DNA of 63,350 nt, filler included, from Octopus bimaculoides (lineage: Eukaryota): NCBI RefSeq assembly GCF_001194135.2. It is 5 parts of 5 records of this genome, joined end to end, with 100 filler letters (N's around TTAATTAATTAA, not from the genome) between each part and the next. Parts side by side here need not be neighbours in the genome. Positions count along the whole stretch, not along the records: positions 51,520 to 58,946 come from NC_068994.1; positions 59,047 to 63,350 come from NC_068983.1; 3 more parts are not named here. The stretch is one strand, 5' to 3'. The notes below the pieces were generated by a model. The model ran no database searches and was not told where the DNA came from. It saw nothing but the letters and a program-made list of their open reading frames with translations. Numbering within the stretch: position 1 is the stretch's first letter; each line of letters begins with the position of its first letter. Shown piece after piece: positions 52,990 to 63,350 of the stretch. Made by a program: the position numbers and the translations under genes.

Positions 52990-53385
52990 GTAGGGGCACT
53001 GGTAAGATCGTTGCCAGTGCCCCTGGACTGGTTCTTGTGCGGGTGGCACATGAGATGCACCATTTTGAACGTGGCCGTTGCCAGTACCGCCTGACTGGCT
53101 CCTGTAGGATTTTCGAGCGAGATCGTTGCCAGTGCCCCTGGACTGGCTTGTGCGGGTGGCACATAAAAGACACCATTTCGAGCGTGGCCGTTTTCGTGCG
53201 GGTGACACGTAAAAGCACCCACTACACTCTCTGAGTGGTTGGCGTTAGGAAGGGCATCCAGCTGTAGAAACTCTGCCAAATCGGACTGGAGCCTGGTGTT
53301 GCCATCCGGTTTCACCAGTCCTCAGTCAAATCGTCCAACCCATGCTAGCATGGAAAGCGGACGTTAAACGATGATGATGATGATG
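52990..53385 (-). mobile_element. SINE-like family C ((CAT)n-flanked), representative copy
   Basis: catcat-ttaacgtccgctttccatgc...ctacagctggatgcccttcctaacgccaacc with internal tandem modules. Other copies at about 1095-1318, 3712-4375 (-) and 5020-5450, 38453-38830, 41530-41830, 45315-45385, 47320-47425, 51172-51419 (+). Confidence 0.85.
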
Positions 53386-54186
53386 TATGTATAACTACAA
53401 CTTTGGAACATAAAACTAATGCAGAAGGTTGAAATGAATATCAGAAACCAATGAAAGAAAGAAATAAAGAAGTTATTCTAATACACAGAGACATAAACAG
53501 GTATGAAATTTACAAACTGATAGACTTGGAATGTGACAAAAACCAAAAAAGTTGGACTGAAGTGCTGGCGGCTGATAGACTGACAGGTAGATGGTGTAAT
53601 AAAAAGCTAGTAAGTTAGCTGATTGATTATTGAAATCAAATAGATAATCATTTTAGTTGATAGACAGACAGGTGTGTAAGTATGATAAAAAGAATAACTG
53701 GCAAGTTGAGACAGACAAAATAGATAAACAATATACCAATGAGCTGTATAATTACATTTGGCAATAAAGAGCTCAAAACATTTAAGATTTTTCAAGTTTT
53801 ATTTGGAAAACTACAGAAAAAGAAAAATGATTAAAGATAATGAAATGGTAAGAAGCAAAAAAAAAAAAAAACATAAACTAGGAAAACAATCTGGTGATAA
53901 AAATTAATTTTTTTCCTTCTACTAACTTAGTTTTCTGAAGAATTTTCATTCCATCCTAAAAACATTCTGTCTCTAAGGTTCCTTTCAGAGAGAAATACTT
54001 TTGTATGTAAAAGAAAAAAGCCAAAAATACTTCCACTTTGTCACTTTGGGTAGACGTAATATTTATAAGATGGTTTCAAAGTTACAAGATTACCAAAGAA
54101 AGAAAAAAAAAAACCAAACATGAATAAAAGGAGCAAGGTAAAACAAAAGCTACAAAAAACAACAGAGTATGTAAAAGCTAACTTAC

Positions 54187-54259
54187 TTGTATAGTTATAT
54201 GTGTTGGTAAGATGAGCGGTTGTATAATCCATAACTCCAAATGAACGCTGCAGCGCGAT
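54187..54259 (-). CDS. Candidate further upstream (coding or 5'-UTR) exon of the MYCBPAP-like gene
   Basis: Perfect donor caa|GTaagt at 54186 and a small CpG cluster. One frame (...ELWIIQPLILPTHITIQ) ends in phase 0, compatible with exon 52979. The acceptor is weak. Confidence 0.25.
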
Positions 54260-54633
54260 CTACAAACTACAGCTGCACACTGTTGTTATGTGGAATTCTA
54301 AGTGTTTTCTCTAAGTCAATGCTAAGCTCAGCCAGCACTTTCATTCGTTCACACTCTCCCTTTCTACAGCTCTACCTCTCTCCTTACTCTCCTACACTCT
54401 CTCACTCCTAAATTACTCTTTCACCTCTCTCTCTCTCTCTCTCTTCCTCCCTCTCTTTCACTGTCTCTTTCTCTGTCTTTGTCACTCCTGTTATTTTTCT
54501 ATCTCCACACTGCTTTTTCCATGTGCTTCTCCAGAGGATATGCCGATGTGTTTTTACAGCTTGTGTAGAAATGGAGAGCAGTCCGAATTTATGGCTGAAT
54601 GTTCTAAGATAGATATAAAAATATGCATATATG

Positions 54634-54667
<34 letters not shown>

Positions 54668-54918
54668 NNNNNNNNNNNNNNNNNNNNNNNNNNNNNNNNN
54701 NNNNNNNNNNNNNNNNNNNNNNNNNNNNNNNNNNNNNNNNNNNNNNNNNNNNNNNNNNNNNNNNNNNNNNNNNNNNNNNNNNNNNNNNNNNNNNNNNNNN
54801 NNNNNNNNNNNNNNNNNNNNNNNNNNNNNNNNNNNNNNNNNNNNNNNNNNNNNNNNNNNNNNNNNNNNNNNNNNNNNNNNNNNNNNNNNNNNNNNNNNNN
54901 NNNNNNNNNNNNNNNNNN

Positions 54919-54967
<49 letters not shown>

Positions 54968-55196
54968 TACATGCATATATATATTATATGTATGTGCGAG
55001 AGTGTGTGTGTGTATGTATGTATATCGGTGCATATATATATGAATGTGTGTGTGTGTGTAGAGAGAGAGAATGGTATAGATATAAACATAAATATATATA
55101 CACACACACATATATATACACACATATATGTGTGAGTGCATAAATATACATATGTATGTATACAAATATGTGAGCATGTGTGTGTTTGAGCACGTC

Positions 55197-55233
<37 letters not shown>

Positions 55234-55499
55234 ACACACACACATACACACACGTACACACACACATAGGCAACAAAACTCACTGAGAAATGAAATTCTT
55301 TTATTGAATAACTCTTTTTTTCCCTTCAACTTTCATATTTGTCTATTTACGTGAGTGAATGCACCATACGCATATGTACTTACATACAATACAGTGCATA
55401 TCTGAGTATGTGCATGGTATATAGAAAGTGCGATGGATAAATTGTCACCATTTTATGTTTCCAATTTCATGCTTGCGCATTGTTTGTTTTTGATTTTGT

Positions 55500-56460
55500 T
55501 GATTACACAGTATAGTAGGGTCAGTTGGGTATTGTCTGTGAGAAAAATAGCACCAGGACGCAATTCACTCTGCCAGAAATATGGAAATGACATGCTGTAC
55601 TGCTTGGCATCTGCACCAGAAGTGCCAATATGAACATTTCAGATTGTTTGGGTGTCAATTTGAGGACAGTGCAGAGAATTCGGAAAGCGTTAGCTGACTC
55701 TAATGGTGATTACAAAGGTACAGCAGCTCGGAAAACTCACTCCGATCGTTCTGATAACAAAAGGACTCCTGAATTTGCTGGTGAGCTCCAGGCTTTGACT
55801 GACAATGATCCCTCCAAGTCAATCAGGTCTATTATCAGGGACATGGGAGTGGCTGAATTTCTTATCAAGCAAGTAGCACATGAAGACATTCAGTATTCCT
55901 TATACAAGATGAGAAAGGGCCAATTTTTATCCCAAGGACAAGAGGAAAGACCATGCTATGGAGCTTTTGAACAAACTCAAGCATCCCAACCACCTGAACA
56001 TGCTTTGGTCTTTCTCAGATGAGAAAAATTTCTGCCAGGGTCAGATGCTGAACACACAGAACAACCGCTGGCTTGCTATGTCCCATAAATGTACCAAGAG
56101 TGATAAATATCCAACATCCAGTCAACATCGTGGTGTTTGGAGTGATCACTAGTGATGGTGATGTTATGCCCCTGGATCAAGGGAATGCTGGAAGACTCTA
56201 TGCCACACAAGCAGGAGAACCCAGTCATGGCTGCCAGACAATTTCTGCAACCACATCACTCCTAACATATGGCCGTGTAACTCCTCAAACTGCAACCCCA
56301 TTGATTATTATGTGTGGGGCACAGTTGAGCGAGTGACCAGCAAAACTCCTTATAACACCAAAGATGAACTGAAGGCAAGGATTACAGCAGCATTCATCAA
56401 CTTAAACAAGGAAACCACCCAGAAGAGTTGCAGAAGAAGTTGTCTGGAGGCCATTTGTTG
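55500..56460 (+). mobile_element. maT/DD37D-type Tc1-mariner remnant, internally deleted
   Basis: HTH-like RTVQRIRK..KSIRSIIRDMGV, FSDEKNF..NTQNNRW, VFGVITSDGDVMP, then a jump to the C-terminal region. Confidence 0.82.
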
Positions 56461-57715
56461 ATATTATGATATTATCCACAACATAATTTAGCCATTCTAT
56501 CAGAGCAGCTCACTGTAAACTGAAACTACTTCAAAAGAACAGCCCTACACAACATAAATTGAAAGCATTTCAAAAGAACGGCTCTACACAACATAAATAT
56601 TACAAAATATTTAATGAAAACACAGGAAAGCTCACTCGTTCATCTAGTACAACTTTTGTTTGAAACCTTCTAAATTCCATCAATTTCACTAAAACATTAC
56701 AAAATACTCTTTCTTTTCTTTTCTTTTCTTTTCTCTCACTTTCATACACACACTCTTTATCTCTCTTTCTCTCTCCTTCTCTTTCTCACTCTCACTTGCT
56801 TTTTGTATATATGTGTGTAATTGCATGTGTGCATGCAAGTGCGAAGGGTAAATAGATATCATCATAAACATCTTTACAGTTAATGTTCCCTATTTCATGC
56901 TCACAAGGGCTAGGAGGAATTTTTTGAGTCAAATTTTCTACAGCCAGATACCATATCTGGTCCCCAAACCTCATCTGTTTCCAAGCAAAGTAGTATTTCC
57001 TCATAGCCATGAAAGATTGAAAACAAACAACAATGTTTCTATGACAGTGATTCACATTTAAAACCAAGACATGATGTCAGGACAAAGTAACAAATGCATA
57101 TGCATACATGCATACATACATACATACATACATACATACATACATACATACATACATACATACATACACGCAGGCATATAAACACATACACACACACTAG
57201 GTTGCTTACAGGTTTCCATCTACCTAATCCTTTCTCAAGTCTTTGGTCTGCCCAAAGCTATAGTAGAAGAAAAATTTAACTTGGTATAACAAAGTGAGGC
57301 TGAACTCAACATCACATAGGACTGAAACATACATATGTGTGTGTGCATGTATGTATAATATGTGTATAGTGTGTGTGTATGTATGTGTACATGTGTGTAC
57401 ATGTGTGTAACATTGCACAAAGCAGTGTTAAATAAAATGTAGTTGTATTAAAGTTGTATTAAACACAATCAAGTGCATTCGGACATGAAAAGACCTTCTG
57501 CTCTGGAAATGGTCCCAGGAAAGAATTCTCTCCCTCGATGTGTGAAGACACATTTTGGGCTGTAAATGACATCATTGGATGATAAAATGCAAGCATTTCT
57601 TCATTTTTTTCATTTCATCATCCACTAAAGCCAAATTTATCATTCACATACCCAATAAAAATGTCAAGCGATGTTGGGGGGACAAACACAGACACACACA
57701 GACACACAAACATAT

Positions 57716-57766
<51 letters not shown>

Positions 57767-58901
57767 CATATATATGACGGGCTTCTTTCAGTTTACATCT
57801 ACCAAATCCACTCACAAGGCTTTGGTCAGCCCGAGACTATAGTAGAAGACACTTGCCCAAGGTGCTATGCAGTGGGACTGAACCCAGAACCATGTGGTTG
57901 GTAAGCAAGCTACTTACCACACAGCCACTCCTGTGCCTATATATATATATATATATATATAAATGCACATATGAAAATGCTCCAGTACATTCACATGCAC
58001 ACTCACACACACACACACAGTCACACTTGCACACACAAGTTTTCTACCACACTCACATGCTTTCTTCCTCCTCCTTCTCCTCAACTTCCACTTTGCTTGA
58101 CAACTCTTGTTTCATACCATTCTTGCTAACAACTCCTTAACATACTAACACATACATACCCAAACACATGCATACACAAACATTCCAAACACGCACACAC
58201 ACACACACACTTATTATGCATGCACGCACTCCCATGCTTTCTTCTTAGTCCTTTTTCTTTTTATCTCCTTGCTTCCATTTTTCTTCACTTTTATATCAAA
58301 GAGCTTTCTTTCTCTTCACCATTTTTTTCTTCTCATGTGATTGTACCAACTTCTCCAAGTCATGCATTTGGACTAAAGTCTCTCCAACTGATTTTCCCAA
58401 TTTTCCTCCCAGTGAACTTTACCACTTTTATCATCTTTGGATATTCGGGACTTTGTCTTTTTCCTTTCTTCCATTATAAATGCTTAAGCTCTGACACGTC
58501 CTTACACATCTGTTGCTTGCCATTCTAAGAGCATCACACTACCAAGTTTTATTTATCAGCTCCCCACCATACTGTGGACATTTTTACCCCACCAAACTTT
58601 GCATCAACTGTGTACCCCTTGGACTATTCACCAATATTGTGTGTTTATTTATTTTTTATTATATTTATATTTTTTTGTATTCTGTGTTTTATTCTTTTAT
58701 CCTTATCTTTTACTTGTTTCATTCATTAGACTACAGCGATGCTGGAGCACCCCCTTGAATTTCTAGTCAAATGAATTGACTCAGTACTTATTTTTTTTTT
58801 AGCCTGATACTTATTCTATCAGTCTATTTTGCTGAACCACTAAGTTATGCGGACACAAACACACCAACACCAGTTGTTAAGTGATGATGGGAGAACAAAC
58901 A

Positions 58902-58946
<45 letters not shown>

Positions 58947-59175
58947 NNNNNNNNNNNNNNNNNNNNNNNNNNNNNNNNNNNNNNNNNNNNTTAATTAATT
59001 AANNNNNNNNNNNNNNNNNNNNNNNNNNNNNNNNNNNNNNNNNNNNCATATTTTTATTACTTTATATATTTTTACACACTTTTGTTCTGTATTTTACCTT
59101 TCACCCGGCTTTTTTCTTGTGCATGTGTGTATATAGGCGTGTATATGAACTTTTTTGTGCGCGTATGGGTATATA

Positions 59176-59221
<46 letters not shown>

Positions 59222-59684
59222 CGTGCGTGTGCGAGTATGTATATATCTACATGTATATGTACATGTGTATGGTTGCATATATACGTAGGTGTACATGCCA
59301 GTGTTTCACGCGAGTGTGAGTGAGCATATGCATATATAGCATGTGCGTATTTTAGACGTATATTTGAATACAATTGTGCGCGTATGGGTATGTGCACGTG
59401 TGTGCGCGCGCGTATGTGTGCGGACATGTATTCGTGTACATGCATGGTTGCATATATATGTGCATGTAAACGAGTATGTGTGTGGGTGTGCATTTATGTT
59501 TTTCACGCGAGTGTGAGTGAGCATATGCATATCAGCACATGTACGTGGGTGTACGTGTGCGCATGTGTATGTATGTACATGCGTGCATACGCGATTTCTT
59601 TGAGCATTTTTACTTCTTTACTTTTTTACTTTCTCCTCTTCGGTTTTTTGCCCTTATTTAACGGTCATTTTCATAGCATATTTT

Positions 59685-59762
59685 GATTGCCTCGATAACT
59701 GTCGAGATGCCGAACAGTTTTTCGCCTCGACATCCGAAACTCGGAGTCTTATTATGGCAATC
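59685..59762 (+). ncRNA. Degenerate type I hammerhead fold (A6 to U core variant)
   Basis: GATTGCC-tc-GATAA-CTGTCGA-GATG...CATC-c-GAAAC-tcgga-GTC^TTATT-at-GGCAATC. Extended helix I with an internal loop and a GUC triplet; core reads CUGUCGA rather than CUGANGA. Confidence 0.45.
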
Positions 59763-60390
59763 GAATAATTGTCACATATTATATTATATTGTATTATATT
59801 ATATATATATATATATNNNNNNNNNNNNNNNNNNNNNNNNNNNNNNNNNNNNNNNNNNNNNNNNNNNNNNNNNNNNNNNNNNNNNNNNNNNNNNNNNNNN
59901 NNNNNNNNNNNNNNNNNNNNNNNNNNNNNNNNNNNNNNNNNNNNNNNNNNNNNNNNNNNNNNNNNNNNNNNNNNNNNNNNNNNNNNNNNNNNNNNNNNNN
60001 NNNNNNNNNNNNNNNNNNNNNNNNNNNNNNNNNNNNNNNNNNNNNNNNNNNNNNNNNNNNNNNNNNNNNNNNNNNNNNNNNNNNNNNNNNNNNNNNNNNN
60101 NNNNNNNNNNNNNNNNNNNNNNNNNNNNNNNNNNNNNNNNNNNNNNNNNNNNNNNNNNNNNNNNNNNNNNNNNNNNNNNNNNNNNNNNNNNNNNNNNNNN
60201 NNNNNNNNNNNNNNNNNNNNNNNNNNNNNNNNNNNNNNNNNNNNNNNNNNNNNNNNNNNNNNNNNNNNNNNNNNNNNNNNNNNNNNNNNNNNNNNNNNNN
60301 NNNNNNNNNNNNNNNNNNNNNNNNNNNNNNNNNNNNNNNNNNNNNNNNNNNNNNNNNNNNNNNNNNNNNNNNNNNNNNNNNNNNNNNNNN

Positions 60391-60670
60391 ACCCCAGATC
60401 ATCACAGATCCTCTTCCATGTTTAACAGTTGGAAGACAGCAGTCTTGGTCAAATGCTTCTTTTGGCTGTCTCTACACGTATACTCGGCTGGTGGTCGGAA
60501 ATAAGGTAAAGGATGACTCTTCCGAGAAAATAACATTCTTCCAGTGCTCTAGGGACCAATTCTGTAGGTTTTTACTCCACTCTAAACACTTTGCAACGTT
60601 TGTTTTCGAAAGTGATGGTTTTCTGATTGCAGCCCTCCTGTAAAATCCGACTTTGTGTAGCTTCCGGCGA
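60391..60670 (-). mobile_element. Tc1 transposase fragment
   Basis: RRAAIRKPSLSKTN..WKNVIFSEESSF..PTVKHGRGSVMIWG; runs into the N-gap. Confidence 0.88.
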
Positions 60671-61473
60671 ACAGTTTACTTCGTTAGTTTTATAAAATAA
60701 CATTTCAAATCAGACTGGAAAATTCATCGAAGGTGTAAGGATGAAGAAAAATTAATCCTGAAGAGAGACACACTTAAAGTTCTAAAACATTTTAATATTT
60801 ATTATCTATGAAGATACAGTTTCTCTTTTGGGAACCGATCCCACTCCCAGGCCTGAGTTTTATCTTCTACTACATTGGATAGTGTAGACATAGATGCACT
60901 ATGTTACGGATGTGCGAAAACCAGGGCGGAATTCCATGAGTATGTAACGTAGTATTTGTCGTGAGATTCGAGATCTTAGTTGCGTTTTGTCGTAGGACAG
61001 ATTAAATTAGCAGACTGTTACGTTGATAAGCGGCGAGTTTGTTTCTCTGTTATCGAAGGAAATACAATTATTGTACTCTTATTAGAGAATGTTTTAGAGA
61101 TCTTCGATGACATTTTAATTGCTTAGTCAGTAGAGGAACGGCAGCGCCTACAACCCGCTTCAGGACCTCCCTGACTGGTAGAAGGAAGGGAAAGGAGCTA
61201 TCTTTTTGCTGGAGACCTGGTCCTGTCATAACATACTTCGTTAAAAACACCCAAATATAAGAAATTATGTTAAACCGTGCGATGAATGAAATGGAGGCAA
61301 TACAAGTGTAACGTGAGGTGTCTAAGCAGCGTTTGGTGGAGTGGTTAGGGAAGAATAAAAGCAAGGATCGTCCGCATAGGAATGAGGTTTGCTGGAAACG
61401 TTTGTAAATAGGATGTTAATTATTTACATTATTTACATTTGACGGATATTTGTCTTCATCTTGTTTGTTCTTA

Positions 61474-61515
61474 ACACGTTTCGGCTGATATACCCTCCAG
61501 CCTTCATCAGATATC
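61474..61515 (-). ncRNA. Decayed copy of the 35762 hammerhead motif
   Basis: CTGATGA-A-GGCTG...CAGCC-GAAACGT intact, but a 3-nt deletion at the cleavage site and a changed helix I. Confidence 0.4.
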
Positions 61516-61537
61516 TCGGAGGAAAGGTATTTCTCGA

Positions 61538-61577
<40 letters not shown>

Positions 61578-61778
61578 ATCACTACCAGGAATCGAACTCG
61601 AAATCTTGGGGTTAGTATTCCGCGATCTTAACCATTACGCCATATACCCGTGGGCAATTATGGAGTGAATTTCAGAGCTTATAAATCTAATATTTTCCTA
61701 TTCTTCCTTAATACCGGTTCCCATATGCTGTTCATATCTGCCCTCGGTGTGCTAACATCGAAATATACCATTCCCCAA

Positions 61779-61824
61779 GCAACCTGATGAAGGATGGAGG
61801 GTATATCAGCCGAAACGTTGTGTT
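61779..61824 (+). ncRNA. Decayed copy of the 35762 hammerhead motif, opposite strand
   Basis: gcaac-CTGATGA-A-GGATG...CAGCC-GAAACGTT-GTGTT; one helix II mismatch and a disrupted helix I. Confidence 0.4.
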
Positions 61825-62236
61825 AACAACAAACAAGATGAGGACAAATATCCGTCAAATGTAAATAATGTACATAATTCCTCATCTCTTAAATATAGAA
61901 CTGTAGGATGTTAATGTCCCGGGAGTAAAACGTGTGAAACAAAACCGAATCTTACTCCTCCTGAAATGTACCATTCAAAGAGAACCACATGTCCACGGTG
62001 TCATCATCTAATAGGAGCCACCCATCCTAAAAGAGAAGAACTGGTTGGAATCCAAAAGGCGCGCAGTTTATCTCTTAGGCTGTATGCGACCAAATGTCTT
62101 ATCAAGTACAGTGACATTGAACTCGCTAAATAAGCAATCACTGGTGGGTGACGCAAGAGAAGAGTTCCCAATATATTTTTGGCTAAATAGAAACCAAAAC
62201 TTCTGAAGAAGGGGAAAGACTCAGGGTTTTCCAGAA

Positions 62237-62611
62237 CAGTGGTTTTCAACCAGGGTCCATATAAAATGGTAAACTGGAGATCCACAATAGTATTTTGAGG
62301 GTCCATGAAAAGATTTTGCTTTAGCTATATTTATTCTTAGAAACAGCTCCGTTTCTTTCTCGAACGTTTTACAGAGTTCAACATGTTTCCAGCCACTGAA
62401 ACATTACTCTGAGAGTAATATTGCAAACCTGCACAAGTGAACGTGTGAAAAGTACAAATAGGAGTTTCTATAAATCTAGTTTTTAAACATCGAATTGAAA
62501 TGGGGATCACCAGAAAAAAACTGTAATCTGTTTCTTGGAATAACTATATCTAAAGCAAAACAGTAATCAAAGGGATTCATAAACTAAAAAAAAAAATGGT
62601 TGAGAACACGT
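62237..62611. mobile_element. hAT-type MITE (second family)
   Basis: CAGTGGTTTTCAAC ... GTTGAGAACACG ends. A related end lies at about 34365-34420. Confidence 0.5.
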
Positions 62612-62690
62612 TCTACAAAGTGATTGTTAACTAGTTCCTTCAACTGTTGAAAGAACTAAATAACACATACAAATAACCAGCTCCCTAACG

Positions 62691-62946
62691 CAGTATTTCC
62701 CAACCATTTTTTACCTAGGGACCCTTTGATTCCTATTTTACTCAGATGAACCCTCCTGGTCATTCGATGATTAAAAAATCATATCAATTTTTTTATAATT
62801 AGATATTATTAGGAATAGTATAAAAAAATGTTAAAATATTTTGTAAATTATAGAAGTATAACCAATTTATTGCAGATCAATTTTAATAAAAAAATCTTAC
62901 ATGGACCATCTTCCATGGGCCATATGGACCCAGTTGAGAACCACTG
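62691..62946. mobile_element. hAT-type MITE
   Basis: Ends CAGTATTTCCCAAC / GTTGAGAACCACTG; 8-bp flanks CCCTAACG / CTTTAATG differ only by C/T. Partial relative at about 38325-38430. Confidence 0.65.
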
Positions 62947-63025
62947 CTTTAATGTATACGCCAATCTAGTAATACAGAGTATGGTCAGTATTTTGCGGTA
63001 CTATAAGAGGAACAGCTTTCCTGTG

Positions 63026-63076
<51 letters not shown>

Positions 63077-63096
63077 TATATATAATATATATATAT

Positions 63097-63129
<33 letters not shown>

Positions 63130-63293
63130 GGATGGATAGATAGACAGATAGTCTTATATATAGCTACTCATAGGTGGCATATATAGTATCTGTACAGTAC
63201 GTGGACTACCTCCATAAAGGCAAGTAGCCTCTCATTACATTTTATGGAAAATATAGGACCGCGTTCAAATATACCTGTTACTCTCTTCTTTAG

Positions 63294-63350
<57 letters not shown>

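Larger units (their letters stand above)
61421..61903. mobile_element. Composite inverted-arm element of the same family with a 12-bp TSD
   Basis: Direct repeat TAGGATGTTAAT at 61409-61420 and 61904-61915. Inverted arms 61425-61510 and 61784-61872. tRNA-like head at about 61575-61645 (minus). Confidence 0.8.

Noticed and set aside
60900-62230. Possible LTR start (TGTTACG) and decayed coding-like sequence around the 61.4-kb insertion
   Set aside because: No second LTR, PBS or recognisable pol motifs.

Overview
AT-rich, microsatellite-dense animal genomic DNA from a draft assembly. The SINE and microsatellite landscape resembles cephalopod (Octopus) DNA; this is an inference. There are several N-gaps, including four artificial 100-bp joins (44 N + TTAATTAATTAA + 44 N). 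Genes: (1) a minus-strand MYCBP-associated-protein-like (MYCBPAP) gene, with eight phase-compatible GT-AG exons from 50735 to 37045 (1045 nt, about 348 aa), probable further exons at about 52.9 kb and possibly 54.2 kb, and unresolved ends; (2) one or two plus-strand exons at 4.4-4.7 kb resembling the hemicentin/VWA7 region between the vWA domain and the first Ig domain. The rest is transposon debris: Penelope-like elements, CRE-, R4/Dong- and Tx1-like LINEs, mariner/Tc1/maT, a Helitron, hAT-, mariner- and Kolobok-like MITEs, and four SINE-like families. The most notable signal is a set of type I hammerhead-ribozyme folds from several unrelated repeat families. One has a complete catalytic core (18854-18918, minus). 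Another family couples a tRNA-type Pol III promoter to a minimal hammerhead (35672-35968; composite 61421-61903 with inverted arms and a 12-bp TSD). All protein similarities are from memory of the families, not from database searches.
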